Shown: in pieces, positions 9,601 to 19,432 of the stretch
Layout: each line of letters starts with the position of its first letter
Numbering within the stretch: position 1 is the stretch's first letter
IMG/VR virus record: IMGVR_UViG_3300032328_000119
Span: 1 to 34,648 of that record
Length of the DNA stretch: 34,648 bases
Direction: 5' to 3' (one strand)
Source of the DNA: a virus
Lineage: Duplodnaviria; Caudoviricetes
Position numbers and translations under genes: made by a program
Notes under the pieces: model-generated
What the model saw: only the letters and a program-made list of their open reading frames with translations
What the model was told of the DNA's origin: nothing
Databases searched by the model: none

Positions 9601-9990
9601 TTAAGCTAAAGTAACTGTTACGCTAGATGTGGCAAACTTAAATACATCTCCGCTTGCAATAGTCTTAGATGTAGTTAGCGCACCATGATACAAAAGGTTT
9701 CCACTTGTTAAGGCATCAAAGATACCAAAGTGAGTAATTGTTCCCCATGAGCCTGTAGCCTGGTCGAACTCACAAGCAGCAGCAGAGTTAGTTGTTACTC
9801 CGTTAGAAGGAGCAGCAAAGGTAATGGCCTTACGAGCATAAGATCCACCGCTTACCTCTGTGCCTGACCCTGCATCTGTTGGATCAGAAGTAAATAGACC
9901 AGCATAGACTGTAGTTGGCGATGTATAAGTAGTATTGCGTAGAGTAGCGTTAATTAATGCGTTCTCTAGGTAGTTTGAGATTGCAGACAT
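9601..9990 (-). CDS. Conserved virion/tail protein
   Basis: SNYLENALIN...GTEVSGGSYAR...WGTITHFGIFDA...GNLL motif set. Confidence 0.7.
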   Translation of the reverse strand: MSAISNYLENALINATLRNTTYTSPTTVYAGLFTSDPTDAGSGTEVSGGSYARKAITFAAPSNGVTTNSAAACEFDQATGSWGTITHFGIFDALTSGNLLYHGALTTSKTIASGDVFKFATSSVTVTLA

Positions 9991-9997
9991 GATTTTC

Positions 9998-10618
9998 CTA
10001 TCGTGATGTTAATTGCATTGTTAGTGGTACTCCAGCGTACTCTGAGCTTTCGTCTGAGCCATTAATATCAGAAGTAGCTCTATCGTATAAGGTAGCCCAA
10101 GTCTGTACTCTGGCATCGTTCATAAGATAAGGCTCTGCCTCTGCTAAAGATGCGTAAAGCAAGGCATCTGGGAAGTTAGCTAGATACGCATTAGAGGCAA
10201 CACTTGTAGATAATGGCGTTGGCTTGTAGTAATAAATCATCTCTACAACATAAGCTGAATCAGGCACAGGAGCAAATTGGATTTCATCACCAATAATGGT
10301 GTAGTACACAGGCAAACCAGATTCACCAGCTCTAGCGTTGCGAGAGAACAAAGAAGGCGATAAATAGCTAATAGTGTTTCTTGGATTGCCTTGTGTAAAT
10401 ATATCTCTCATCTCTAAGAAGTCTGTAGGCAAGCCAACAGTAGAATCACCAGATGTCATTGAGGCTGTCGCTACTTTAAGGGTTTGGCGAGTACGGATCT
10501 CTCTAGCAAGGCGAATCTCTGCAAAGCTAATGAAGTCAGGAATGACAGCAGTCAAATCTGAACGACCTAAATAGTTAGCTATTGAAGTCTTTAGTTCTGT
10601 GTATGTTGCAAAGCCCAT
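9998..10618 (-). CDS. Head-tail adaptor protein
   Basis: TYTELKTSIANYLGRSDL...FISFAE...PDALLYASLAEA; position after capsid genes. Confidence 0.75.
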   Translation of the reverse strand: MGFATYTELKTSIANYLGRSDLTAVIPDFISFAEIRLAREIRTRQTLKVATASMTSGDSTVGLPTDFLEMRDIFTQGNPRNTISYLSPSLFSRNARAGESGLPVYYTIIGDEIQFAPVPDSAYVVEMIYYYKPTPLSTSVASNAYLANFPDALLYASLAEAEPYLMNDARVQTWATLYDRATSDINGSDESSEYAGVPLTMQLTSR

Positions 10619-11247
10619 TAGGACACCTCAATATTATGCCAGCCGTATGTGTAATTACCTATGTGACCTATCTCCATTGAGAGATCGTGATCTACATAAG
10701 TATCTATTCCTGCATCTTTTGCTTTAATGCAAAAGTAAATATCCTCGCCTAATAACTTCCCATTTGGCAATTGCTCAAAGTAGAAGTAAGGCTTTTCAAT
10801 CTTTTTAAATGCTGAGTTTTTAATGAGAATGACACCGCACCCTATGGCATCTACTTTCTCTATTCCTTTTTTGACATTGGAATAAACAGGCAGCCAGGAT
10901 ACAGAACCATCTTCCTCATAATTAATGTTTTTGGCAGTAGGCTTTACTGGCTCTGAGCGAGTAGTAGCATTAACGCCAACAATGTCCTTATTATGCTTTA
11001 AAAGACGAACAAGCGCATCTTTTGGAAAGCGCATATCAGCATCAATAAACATTAGGTAATCACATCGCTCATTGATAACAGAGTCTACTAGCGCATTGCG
11101 CTGATCGAATATTAATGTGCCTGTAGATGTGTACAGATTAATATCGTGCTTTGTATTTTTTGCTGTGTAATTAACTAATGCAGATAAGTCAAACGATGTG
11201 GATATTTCTACTTGTCCTCTTGCCGGAACACAGATACCTATCCTCAT
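10618..11247 (-). CDS. GT-A fold (GT2-like) glycosyltransferase
   Basis: RIGICVP N-terminal strand, QRNALV, LMFIDADM (DxD), GCGVILI, GEDIYFC, IGHIG. Confidence 0.8.
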   Translation of the reverse strand: MRIGICVPARGQVEISTSFDLSALVNYTAKNTKHDINLYTSTGTLIFDQRNALVDSVINERCDYLMFIDADMRFPKDALVRLLKHNKDIVGVNATTRSEPVKPTAKNINYEEDGSVSWLPVYSNVKKGIEKVDAIGCGVILIKNSAFKKIEKPYFYFEQLPNGKLLGEDIYFCIKAKDAGIDTYVDHDLSMEIGHIGNYTYGWHNIEVS

Positions 11248-11588
11248 ACTGTGCCACCTCTAGTACGGAAAACCCTATTGTCAGGATTATTCAACCACTT
11301 TACTAAGGCCTTTTGGTCTAGTATGTAGTAGCCACGCATTATTCCTTCTTTGTTAAGAGTGTTAATAATCTCAGCAGGAAGTGAAGCAATTTTATTTTTA
11401 GGGTCGTATACGCTATCACCCCAGCCAGTTTTACCACTTCTAGCATTAAATTGCTCCTTAGTATGTTCAGTAAAGTCTGTTAAATCTACTTCTGATTTGA
11501 TGATTAAACCGCCATCTCCATCTGCAAACGCAGTACGAATGACTCCATCTACTACACCAAGATTGCCTTTTTTGCCTAGATCAGACAT
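11244..11588 (-). CDS. Hypothetical head-region protein
   Basis: 114 aa ending WLNNPDNRVFRTRGGTV, AGGAG SD; a type usually adjacent to this capsid family. Confidence 0.65.
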   Translation of the reverse strand: MSDLGKKGNLGVVDGVIRTAFADGDGGLIIKSEVDLTDFTEHTKEQFNARSGKTGWGDSVYDPKNKIASLPAEIINTLNKEGIMRGYYILDQKALVKWLNNPDNRVFRTRGGTV

Positions 11589-11600
11589 AAATTCTCCTAG

Positions 11601-11628
11601 AAAAAGGGGATCAGTTTCCCAATCCCCC
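11601..11628 (-). terminator. Rho-independent terminator after major capsid gene
   Basis: Minus strand GGGGATTGG-GAAA-CTGATCCCC followed by TTTTT. Confidence 0.75.
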
Positions 11629-11641
11629 TATTCTACATTAC

Positions 11642-12586
11642 TTATGACAGATCGAAAACACCGCCATGTGCAGCCTCGTTACGAACTTCCAATGTGAACT
11701 CAGCCAAGATTTGTGTCTTTTCTGCATCACCAACACGAGCTAACTCGTTAGTTTGGAATGGGCGTAAGTAAGCCAATGCTGCATACTCAGGATCGAGGAT
11801 GAGAGCATCACGAGTACGCATGAAACGATCTGGAACAATTGACAATACACCAAAGTCGGACTGATAGAGATCAGCACCAGCTAGGATTGTCGCTTGACCA
11901 TTAGTAGGCACTTGGTAACGCTGTGCAGCCAAACCAGTAAAGCCTGATACTACTTGCTTTTGTGTTGGGCTAACAAACAGAGTTGAAGGTGTACCACCGT
12001 TAGTGAACACAGATGCGATAACAGTCTTGAGCATTGCCTCTGTGAAAGTACGAGTTGTACCATCTGTACGAGTAGAAACACCAACTGTTACAGGGTCTAC
12101 ACCAGTTACAGAAGTACCATTCTTGCTTGTGTTGCTCTTAATGTATGAGAGCAAAGCGCCTAATGTACGAGCAGTAGTGGAGTTACCAGCAGATTGACCC
12201 TGGTTAGCTGTGATGATGGTTTCCATATCACGCTTGATTTCAGAAGAAATCTTAGCCAATTGATAAGCCTTCTCAGACTTACGACCAGCCTTGTCTACGG
12301 CCTCTAAAGTGCCAGAAACCATAACTGTCTTACCAACGATCTGGGTGTAGTTACCCAAACGAGTTGTAGGAGAAACAGTAATGTCAGATGCAGTTGCACC
12401 TTCAACTAAAGCATTAGCAGTAGTGTTAGCTGCCAATGAGTCAGTCTGCCACTCGTGGTAAACAGCAGTAGCCTTAGTCTTGCCAATAGATGACATGATT
12501 GGGGTATCTGTTGGGGAGATAGAATAGATTACATCGGACAAATCTTCACGATTGCCGATTGATTGATATACCTGATATGTTGCCAT
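11642..12586 (-). CDS. Major capsid protein (DUF5309/SU10-like, HK97 fold)
   Basis: GNREDLSDVIYSISPTDTP, HEWQTDSL, NYTQI, SDFG, EFTLEVRNEAAHG; follows scaffold; AAGGA SD. Confidence 0.9.
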   Translation of the reverse strand: MATYQVYQSIGNREDLSDVIYSISPTDTPIMSSIGKTKATAVYHEWQTDSLAANTTANALVEGATASDITVSPTTRLGNYTQIVGKTVMVSGTLEAVDKAGRKSEKAYQLAKISSEIKRDMETIITANQGQSAGNSTTARTLGALLSYIKSNTSKNGTSVTGVDPVTVGVSTRTDGTTRTFTEAMLKTVIASVFTNGGTPSTLFVSPTQKQVVSGFTGLAAQRYQVPTNGQATILAGADLYQSDFGVLSIVPDRFMRTRDALILDPEYAALAYLRPFQTNELARVGDAEKTQILAEFTLEVRNEAAHGGVFDLS

Positions 12587-12598
12587 GATTTTTATTCC

Positions 12599-13558
12599 TT
12601 AAATAAATTGTTCAAAAAGTTTTGCTGCATCAGCCTTCTTGCCGGTCTTTTGTAGGCGAGAAAACTGCTTTTTCATCTGTTCATTCTGTGAACTGCCAGG
12701 ATTGGAAGTTCCAGCCTTTAATACCTTTGGCGCATCCTGTACTTTCTTGACGGCTGCACCCTTATTGCCTGATAGCTTTTCGTACATCATTGCGTTGTAT
12801 AGCGTTTTAACTGCTCTAGGGTCATACACTTGAGCTAGTTCTTGGTCGCTAAATCCGATTGATTTTGCATAGGTACGAATGTCTCTACGCACAATTTCAG
12901 CTTTAGCGGCATCCCTAAACTCTGGAATCGCCTCTTTCAGTTGCTCTGCTGCCTCTGCAAGATGTTTCTGTAATGCTTGCTGTCTGTCGGCATCCTGCTG
13001 TTGGGCTAGATTTCGTCTTTCAGCTTGTACGGCTTGAAGTTGCTTTTCCTTCTCACTACGCTCCGCTACCGCTATCGCATAACCAATAGGATCGGTTTCT
13101 TTTAGCTCTTGTAAGTTATCTACATTGCTTTGGCTTTGTAGAACACTCTCAATTGCCTCAAGGCGTTGTGCGTAAAGATCACGCATCTTCTTGCTTTCTT
13201 CGACTACCACTCTTTCAGCCTCTACAGCCTTCCGAGTTTCAGCCAAAGCCTGAGTTTTTTTAGTATAGTCTGCTGTCCTACTGTAGCCACTTAGGAGTTC
13301 ATCTTCTGAAACTTCGACTTCTTCATTGCCAACTTTGACTTTGAATGTCTTAGCTCTAGGAGTTTCATCCTCATACTCTACAGTTTCTTCCGCACTTTCA
13401 TCTTCGTAGGATTCGTCTGAATCCGTTACTTCCGATTCTTCAGATTGCGATTGAGCTTGCGCTTTCTCCTCTGGTGAATCCATCATAGACAAAAATGCGT
13501 TAGCCGCATCACTTACTGTATTAACACTTCCCTCTACAGGATTGGTGTTTTCACTCAT
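12599..13558 (-). CDS. Capsid scaffolding protein
   Basis: Acidic N-terminus, FKVKVGNEEVEVSEDEL..GYSRTADYTKKTQ motif, coiled coil; between portal and capsid. Confidence 0.85.
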   Translation of the reverse strand: MSENTNPVEGSVNTVSDAANAFLSMMDSPEEKAQAQSQSEESEVTDSDESYEDESAEETVEYEDETPRAKTFKVKVGNEEVEVSEDELLSGYSRTADYTKKTQALAETRKAVEAERVVVEESKKMRDLYAQRLEAIESVLQSQSNVDNLQELKETDPIGYAIAVAERSEKEKQLQAVQAERRNLAQQQDADRQQALQKHLAEAAEQLKEAIPEFRDAAKAEIVRRDIRTYAKSIGFSDQELAQVYDPRAVKTLYNAMMYEKLSGNKGAAVKKVQDAPKVLKAGTSNPGSSQNEQMKKQFSRLQKTGKKADAAKLFEQFI

Positions 13559-13578
13559 GTTGTTTACCTTTTAGGTGG

Positions 13579-13815
13579 TTATAAAATCTTCCAGCGTTTC
13601 TGGGCAATTTGCTTATCATCAGCTAATGCCTGGATTGTCGCTACAAATTCATCCATCACTTTAAGTTTGAGAAAGTTCTTTTCTCGCACTTCTACATCGT
13701 ACTCATTGCTATCAAATATGTTGTTAGAATACAACGATTTTTGACTTTCGACAAGTTCTAGGAAGAACTCATCTGACAAATATGCTCTAGCTCGTTCTGA
13801 CTTGTTATAGGACAT
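13579..13815 (-). CDS. Small conserved protein between portal and scaffold
   Basis: 78 aa helical ORF overlapping the portal stop; typical position. Confidence 0.6.
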   Translation of the reverse strand: MSYNKSERARAYLSDEFFLELVESQKSLYSNNIFDSNEYDVEVREKNFLKLKVMDEFVATIQALADDKQIAQKRWKIL

Positions 13816-15844
13816 TAGGGATATTAGCCGTTGGTGATAGTTTTGCGCCTAGTTGTAATGCCTTTAACTGAGCCTCGTACTCAAATTCCTGTTTCTTAAG
13901 AGCCATAGTCATCTCGAACTCTTGCTGCTTGAGTCTGATCTGAGCCTCTGCCTTAACTTGGGCAATCTGAATATCGTTCTCAGCCTTGGCGTTATCTGCT
14001 GCCATCTTAGCTTGCATCTGAGCCACATAAGCCTCCATTGCTGGATCTTGTTGCTGCTGTTGCTGTTGGCCTTGCAACTCCATCTGCTGCTCTTGCTCTG
14101 GGGTAATCTCCATAAAGAACTCGTTAGAGTCCTTAAAGCCAGCAGCCTCAATAAACCGACCAAGTGTCTGTCTATAGTTTGTAAGGCTTACCAATGGATT
14201 GTTAATTCCTACAGTCTTTAGGATTTCCTCTTGCTTACCTAGAACCATAGCAATCATCGCCATCTGCTCTTGCTTGTTGCCTGTACCTAGACCAACATTG
14301 ATAGAGATGTCAAAGCCATTAGTCCACTCACGAGGATCAATAGAGACATACTTACCACGCAAACGCACAATGCGCTCTTTATCTTGGTACTTGCAGAGCA
14401 ATTGTAGAATCTTCTGGAATAGGTCTTTTACGCCTGTTTCAGCAAATACCCTAGCGATTAGCTCTACCTTGCCTGCTGCGCTACTCTGCATCATGGCTAC
14501 TGCTGTAGCTGTGCTGTTCTGCAACACATCTGGATTAAGGCCGTTCATCTGGTCTGATACACCAGTTCTCTTAGCCTGTACAGAATCCAAGTATTCCAGT
14601 AATGGGAATGATTGGTTAGCAGTAGGTGGTACTGTCAATGGCACAATGGCTTGGGTATTTTTCATACGCACAATGCCATTAGCTGTAACTGTTAGCAGAT
14701 CATCTAGGTTTACTTGACCTTCTACAACACCCATTCTTGGGCTATTAGTCATATACAAGTTATCTAGGATTTGGCGAGTAACTGTAGACTTAATCAGTTG
14801 GATGTCTACTGCTCTATCTGCCAGGCTATGTCCAAAGAACTTATGTGGCATAGGGATTGGGCATACGGAACAGAAAGGCACAAAGTCTGCCTCCTCGTTA
14901 TCAAGGATCTCTGTGCCAGCATAGGTAATCTTACGCAACTCAGCAATACCATCGCCATCAAAGTCTACCTTGATATAGACTTCCATTACCTCAATCTCTT
15001 GCATGGTAAAGTCTAAACTTGCTTGATCGCTTGGCTGCTCACCTTGATCGAACCTTGCCACATTCTCTTGGTTATAAGTAAGGTCTGCATAAGTAGGAAG
15101 GTTATCTACAATATCCTTCTCATAGCCCATTGCAATCAACTCTGAGCGAGTAGCTAGTTTTCTATGGGCTACGAATGGTGCATCAGCAATAGTCCTAGCC
15201 TTCTTGGAGATTAAGAACTCCTCTGGTGGCACATTTTCTACAATTACCTTGCCAGTTTTCTTAGTCTTTTTGAGCTTAACATCGTAAGAGAAAACGGCTG
15301 GAATCATCATCCCCATAGGGTCAATGCCTGCCGGAGCAATCTCTGTAGTCTTTTGGTTTACTACTTCTACCTCTGGATCAGTAAGCAGCATCGCTACTTC
15401 GTCTTGAGTTAGGTTTTGATACTTCTCTTTGCTGACATCAATCTTCTCATCCCAATAGACTTTAACGATTCCGTTCTTTTGCAAGAGCGCATCCTTAAAC
15501 CAATTGTGCATAAGCAATACGCCATCGTTATCACGATTCATTACCCAGTTCACATACTCTGTGGCTTGCTTTGCTTTTTCTTCATCGCCTGGGCCTTTAG
15601 GCTCAAAGCGCACAATCTCGTCTGACTGTGTAAAGATACGCAGTAATTGTGGCAGCGCACCATCTACTACTTCGGCTACTTCGCCTGTAACGATCTGGCT
15701 ACGACCTTCTACTTCATTGCCGTATTCGTAACGATTGTAGTATTCAAGGGCTTTTCTACGATCATCTGTAGTTTCGCTCTCGATAAAGCCAATAGCGTTA
15801 TCTATCTCGGCATCGAGTATGCCTTTTAGTGTGCCTTCATCCAT
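13805..15844 (-). CDS. Portal protein (P22-like, with long C-terminal helical barrel)
   Basis: 679 aa following terminase; FKDALLQKNGIVKVYW, ENVPPEEF, VGLGTG motifs; Gln-rich coiled-coil tail. Confidence 0.9.
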   Translation of the reverse strand: MDEGTLKGILDAEIDNAIGFIESETTDDRRKALEYYNRYEYGNEVEGRSQIVTGEVAEVVDGALPQLLRIFTQSDEIVRFEPKGPGDEEKAKQATEYVNWVMNRDNDGVLLMHNWFKDALLQKNGIVKVYWDEKIDVSKEKYQNLTQDEVAMLLTDPEVEVVNQKTTEIAPAGIDPMGMMIPAVFSYDVKLKKTKKTGKVIVENVPPEEFLISKKARTIADAPFVAHRKLATRSELIAMGYEKDIVDNLPTYADLTYNQENVARFDQGEQPSDQASLDFTMQEIEVMEVYIKVDFDGDGIAELRKITYAGTEILDNEEADFVPFCSVCPIPMPHKFFGHSLADRAVDIQLIKSTVTRQILDNLYMTNSPRMGVVEGQVNLDDLLTVTANGIVRMKNTQAIVPLTVPPTANQSFPLLEYLDSVQAKRTGVSDQMNGLNPDVLQNSTATAVAMMQSSAAGKVELIARVFAETGVKDLFQKILQLLCKYQDKERIVRLRGKYVSIDPREWTNGFDISINVGLGTGNKQEQMAMIAMVLGKQEEILKTVGINNPLVSLTNYRQTLGRFIEAAGFKDSNEFFMEITPEQEQQMELQGQQQQQQQDPAMEAYVAQMQAKMAADNAKAENDIQIAQVKAEAQIRLKQQEFEMTMALKKQEFEYEAQLKALQLGAKLSPTANIPNVL

Positions 15845-17125
15845 TTATACGATCCACTTTGTGTTAATTTTAATCGGTTGCGACCAAGATGTAGTCTGCT
15901 CTAAGCCTAAAGCCAAATACCTAAAGGAGTCGCTAGAGTGCGATGCCCAGTCGTGCAATGGCTTGTCATAGAACACATTACGCTTTTCGTCATACTCTCG
16001 CCTATAGTTTCGTAGGCAATCTAAACCCTGTTTTACCTTTGGCACATTAAACCAGCACTTAGGTAGTAATCTTCTAACTGCTTGTATGCCATCATCTACT
16101 GAGAGCCTTGGTAGAACTTTGCAGTCCAATCCAGCCTCTCTCAGCACTTCTATCCTGCTCTTGCCTGTGCCTAGCTCTCTTACTTCCACATCATGCGGAA
16201 GGAGCTGCTCTGCCTTATGCCAGTTGTTTTCTTTTAGCCATTCTACATACCAATCCAGACCTTGACCATGATTCTCTACATGATCCATCACTCTGAACTC
16301 TTGCCCTGCTATCTGCATTACAAAGATTGCAGTTGAGTCCCCAATTCCTAAGTCCCAGGCGCAGTATGTCTTGCACAGATCATCTCTAGTAATCTCGCAC
16401 ATCCGACCTTTTTCTTCTAGGTCGTTTATTAGCTTTCCGTAGTAACTTCCTTCTACAGCAGCATTAAATGAACACTCGTACTCTTGGTTGAACTTATCAT
16501 CACCCATCTCTTTACGAGCGTCTTGCAGCTCTGTTTCTAGGATGATGCCTGTTTCACTTGCCTTAAACTCTACAAGACCCCAATCAGCGTTTAACTCTGC
16601 TCGATCTCTTAGGTCTTTAAAATGGTTGTTTCCCTTTGGCGTACCGATAAATAAGCATTTGCCGTTTCTATCGCTAAGAGCTGGGCGAATGATCTCATTC
16701 CATATCTTAGGGTTTTGATCGCCAATCTCGTCTAGCACTACCATGTCAAAATATTGACCACGCAAACTGTCTGGGTTATCTGATCCGTATAACTGAATCC
16801 TACGGCCCATAAAGTCTACACGCAACTCTGATACATTAATTACTGCACCTAATGGCCTTGTGTACTTGCACAAGTAATCGAAAGCTACCCTTTTAGCCTG
16901 CCCATAAGTCGGGGCTATATATGCGTATCTTGGGGCTTCTTGTTCGTTTTCAAGGGCTGACTTGATAATGTGATTAAGTGCAGCCACAGTTTTACCCATC
17001 CTACGATGAGCGACCCCAACAGTAAATCTATGTGCATCTATCACCTCATGTAGTTTTAACTGAGGCTCTCTAGGCTTATAGGGAATGATGATCTGTCTTA
17101 CATCATCTTGTTCTACTTCTCCCAA
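15845..17125 (-). CDS. terL: Terminase large subunit
   Basis: Walker A HRRMGKT, Walker B VVLDE, FIGTPKG coupling motif, nuclease AWDLG, HDWASHSSDSFRY. Confidence 0.95.
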   Translation of the reverse strand: MGEVEQDDVRQIIIPYKPREPQLKLHEVIDAHRFTVGVAHRRMGKTVAALNHIIKSALENEQEAPRYAYIAPTYGQAKRVAFDYLCKYTRPLGAVINVSELRVDFMGRRIQLYGSDNPDSLRGQYFDMVVLDEIGDQNPKIWNEIIRPALSDRNGKCLFIGTPKGNNHFKDLRDRAELNADWGLVEFKASETGIILETELQDARKEMGDDKFNQEYECSFNAAVEGSYYGKLINDLEEKGRMCEITRDDLCKTYCAWDLGIGDSTAIFVMQIAGQEFRVMDHVENHGQGLDWYVEWLKENNWHKAEQLLPHDVEVRELGTGKSRIEVLREAGLDCKVLPRLSVDDGIQAVRRLLPKCWFNVPKVKQGLDCLRNYRREYDEKRNVFYDKPLHDWASHSSDSFRYLALGLEQTTSWSQPIKINTKWIV

Positions 17126-17412
17126 GAAATCACCATCTTAAATGGCTCACCATCTGCACCAGAAACATTGTTTTCTATTGGCAATAGTCTGCCGTATATC
17201 TTGTAGAACTCGCCCTGATTCTTAGCATCTAACTTAGCCCAATTGACTAAACCTTCTATGCCACCTAAGTCCTCAAATGCTCTTATGATGTTCTCTTTTG
17301 CTACCCTAGGGATCTTGTTAGTAGCACCCTTTGGTCTACCAGCTCCAGCTCGTAAACCACCATGACTTGATTTGTCTTGTTCTAAATTATCAACTTCTAT
17401 AGCGTTTTCCAT
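17113..17412 (-). CDS. terS: Terminase small subunit (putative)
   Basis: GGLRAGAGRPKGATNK motif and FYKIYGRLLP; directly upstream of terL. Confidence 0.7.
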   Translation of the reverse strand: MENAIEVDNLEQDKSSHGGLRAGAGRPKGATNKIPRVAKENIIRAFEDLGGIEGLVNWAKLDAKNQGEFYKIYGRLLPIENNVSGADGEPFKMVISWEK

Positions 17413-17461
17413 TCCATTCCTAACGGGTGATGGTTGATGATGTTGCTATTCTACAACACTT

Positions 17462-17731
17462 TTACCACTTAACCTTATTTGCCCAAAATGCTGCGCTCAT
17501 CTTGCCTTTGGCAATGTTCTTAGCATGGCGAGCTTTGAACGATTCATTTCTAGCACTACCCTCTGGGCTGCCTTTAACGCCTTGCTGACCAAATCTAATT
17601 GTCTTAACCTTATCGCCTTCTTTAGCTACTACTACATGGCTTTTAGTAGGATGGCTTGGAGTTCTTTTGGGTTTGTTATACCCAGCTACACCTATGCGCT
17701 CAAATATCTTGGCAGCATCCCTAATCTTCAT
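17462..17731 (-). CDS. Small basic hypothetical protein
   Basis: 89 aa, Lys/Arg-rich; KTIRFGQQG...SFKARH...SAAFWANKVKW motif. Confidence 0.7.
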   Translation of the reverse strand: MKIRDAAKIFERIGVAGYNKPKRTPSHPTKSHVVVAKEGDKVKTIRFGQQGVKGSPEGSARNESFKARHAKNIAKGKMSAAFWANKVKW

Positions 17732-18219
17732 CAGAAACGCTTTCTATAAAACAAACTGTAGAAAGGATCATTCTTAATTGGGTCTTTAGCGTAAGATGCT
17801 CCGAACTCTTGGTTTCTAGCTAAATCCCTAAGTGTGGCATCTATTCCTGTAATGTCTGATCTAGCACTTCTGCCTTGGTATGGAGTACCCATGCCATAGG
17901 TAACATCGTTAGCCGTTCCGCTAATGCCAAGGTTTAGCATCTGCTGTTCACTTAATGGCAATTCTGCACTTAATCTACCGCCATAAGCCACGCCCTTAGT
18001 ATTGCCAGAGTTAAACCCTGCGCCATTGCTAGTTAAACCAATTGGAGAAAATTCATTTTGTTGCCCACCTTGAAACAATTGCGCCATATATTGCTCAAAC
18101 GCAGGATTAATTTGATCTGGTCTGGTGTATGGACTTGTTTCTTGTGGCAAAGGCTCAGTATATCCACCTCTTTGATATACCATGCTCTGCAAAAGAGATT
18201 GTAACTCTTGATCTGTCAT
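17731..18219 (-). CDS. Hypothetical protein with amphipathic beta-strands ending in Phe
   Basis: 162 aa; C-terminal ...FYSLFYRKRF; no signal peptide. Confidence 0.55.
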   Translation of the reverse strand: MTDQELQSLLQSMVYQRGGYTEPLPQETSPYTRPDQINPAFEQYMAQLFQGGQQNEFSPIGLTSNGAGFNSGNTKGVAYGGRLSAELPLSEQQMLNLGISGTANDVTYGMGTPYQGRSARSDITGIDATLRDLARNQEFGASYAKDPIKNDPFYSLFYRKRF

Positions 18220-18221
18220 TT

Positions 18222-18878
18222 TTAGGCCATTGTTATCTGTTTTTGTATCCTAGAAAGTAGATCAGTTCCTTCTTCTACTAACCATTGGTTGTATTTACTT
18301 ACCTGACCGCTAAAGTCTGTATAAGAGCTTTGGTAAGTTTCGTCTTTTTCAATCCCTGTTGTTTCTGGTGTGAAATGAGTGCTTTTAACATCAGTTTTTG
18401 CCCAGTTTTGACAGTTCTTTGCTACCAGCTCCCACCAATCATCACCGCACAGATGCCAGGTGCAAGGTGGAACTATAAATTGGCAGAACCTAATTAATTC
18501 ACCACCAAATAAAGTAATTCCAGACATTCTAGAATCATTTTTGTTGATGCTGTCTTGGCTAGTAACAATATTCCAATCGTTTACAGCCTCAATCAGTTTC
18601 TTATCCCATTCATCTTCTTGAGGCATTTGGTCATCGCAAAGACTTCCATACCATTTTTCATTGGGATATTTATTAAATGCATAATTTACTGCGCCAACTA
18701 GACCTATATTGCTTTCAAACTGTTCAACAGTCCATGTATTAGGATACTTAATACCACTATAAATTTCAGGGTTTCCCTGTATAAATACAAATACTGGGGC
18801 TATTGCCTTAGTGTCTTTATACGCTTGAATAAGGTTTTTAAGTCTTTCTGGGCGTTTATATGTTGGAACAATAAACAT
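18222..18878 (-). CDS. GT-A fold glycosyltransferase-like protein
   Basis: FIVPTYKRPERL start, NIGLVGAVN, LCDD, CGDDW. Confidence 0.7.
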   Translation of the reverse strand: MFIVPTYKRPERLKNLIQAYKDTKAIAPVFVFIQGNPEIYSGIKYPNTWTVEQFESNIGLVGAVNYAFNKYPNEKWYGSLCDDQMPQEDEWDKKLIEAVNDWNIVTSQDSINKNDSRMSGITLFGGELIRFCQFIVPPCTWHLCGDDWWELVAKNCQNWAKTDVKSTHFTPETTGIEKDETYQSSYTDFSGQVSKYNQWLVEEGTDLLSRIQKQITMA

Positions 18879-19432
18879 TATTGGTCTACAGTTCCAGGTA
18901 TGTGCATAACTTGATAATTGGTGGTGATGCGTTTGCTGCGGTAGTGTTTTAATTGCTTAATGAATTCCCAATCATGCCCATAGCCATCACCCCATTTGCA
19001 ATCTAATGTCTTTTTATGAGCTATTGCAGAAGTGCCTATATGCCCTATCTTAAACCATACTGGGCGTATTTGACCATCTACATAGTCATCCCAATAAAGC
19101 CAATCTGTATCTACATTGTCTGCTATTGTTTTTAGATGGCCTTTACCAAATACATCATCGTTATCTATATAAGCAATGTAATCGTACTTAGCGTTTTGTA
19201 TCCCAATGTTTCTAGGTGTTCCGCTAAAGTATGGTTGTTTATCTATTAAAACAGTCTTTACAGGGTATTTAGATGCTATCTCTACTGTTTTTTGGCATCC
19301 ATCTGCCACAACTATTAACTCGCCTATTTTTTGATCTAAAAAGCTATCTATTGCTCTAGGGAGCTTTTGTTCTCTATTGCTTGCTGCTCTTGGGTAATCA
19401 CCTAGATAACTAGGCATTACTACACTAATCAT
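18878..19432 (-). CDS. GT2 family glycosyltransferase
   Basis: ISVVMPSY, ELIVVADG, RNIGIQNA, YIAYIDNDD (DxDD), GHDWEF. Confidence 0.85.
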   Translation of the reverse strand: MISVVMPSYLGDYPRAASNREQKLPRAIDSFLDQKIGELIVVADGCQKTVEIASKYPVKTVLIDKQPYFSGTPRNIGIQNAKYDYIAYIDNDDVFGKGHLKTIADNVDTDWLYWDDYVDGQIRPVWFKIGHIGTSAIAHKKTLDCKWGDGYGHDWEFIKQLKHYRSKRITTNYQVMHIPGTVDQ

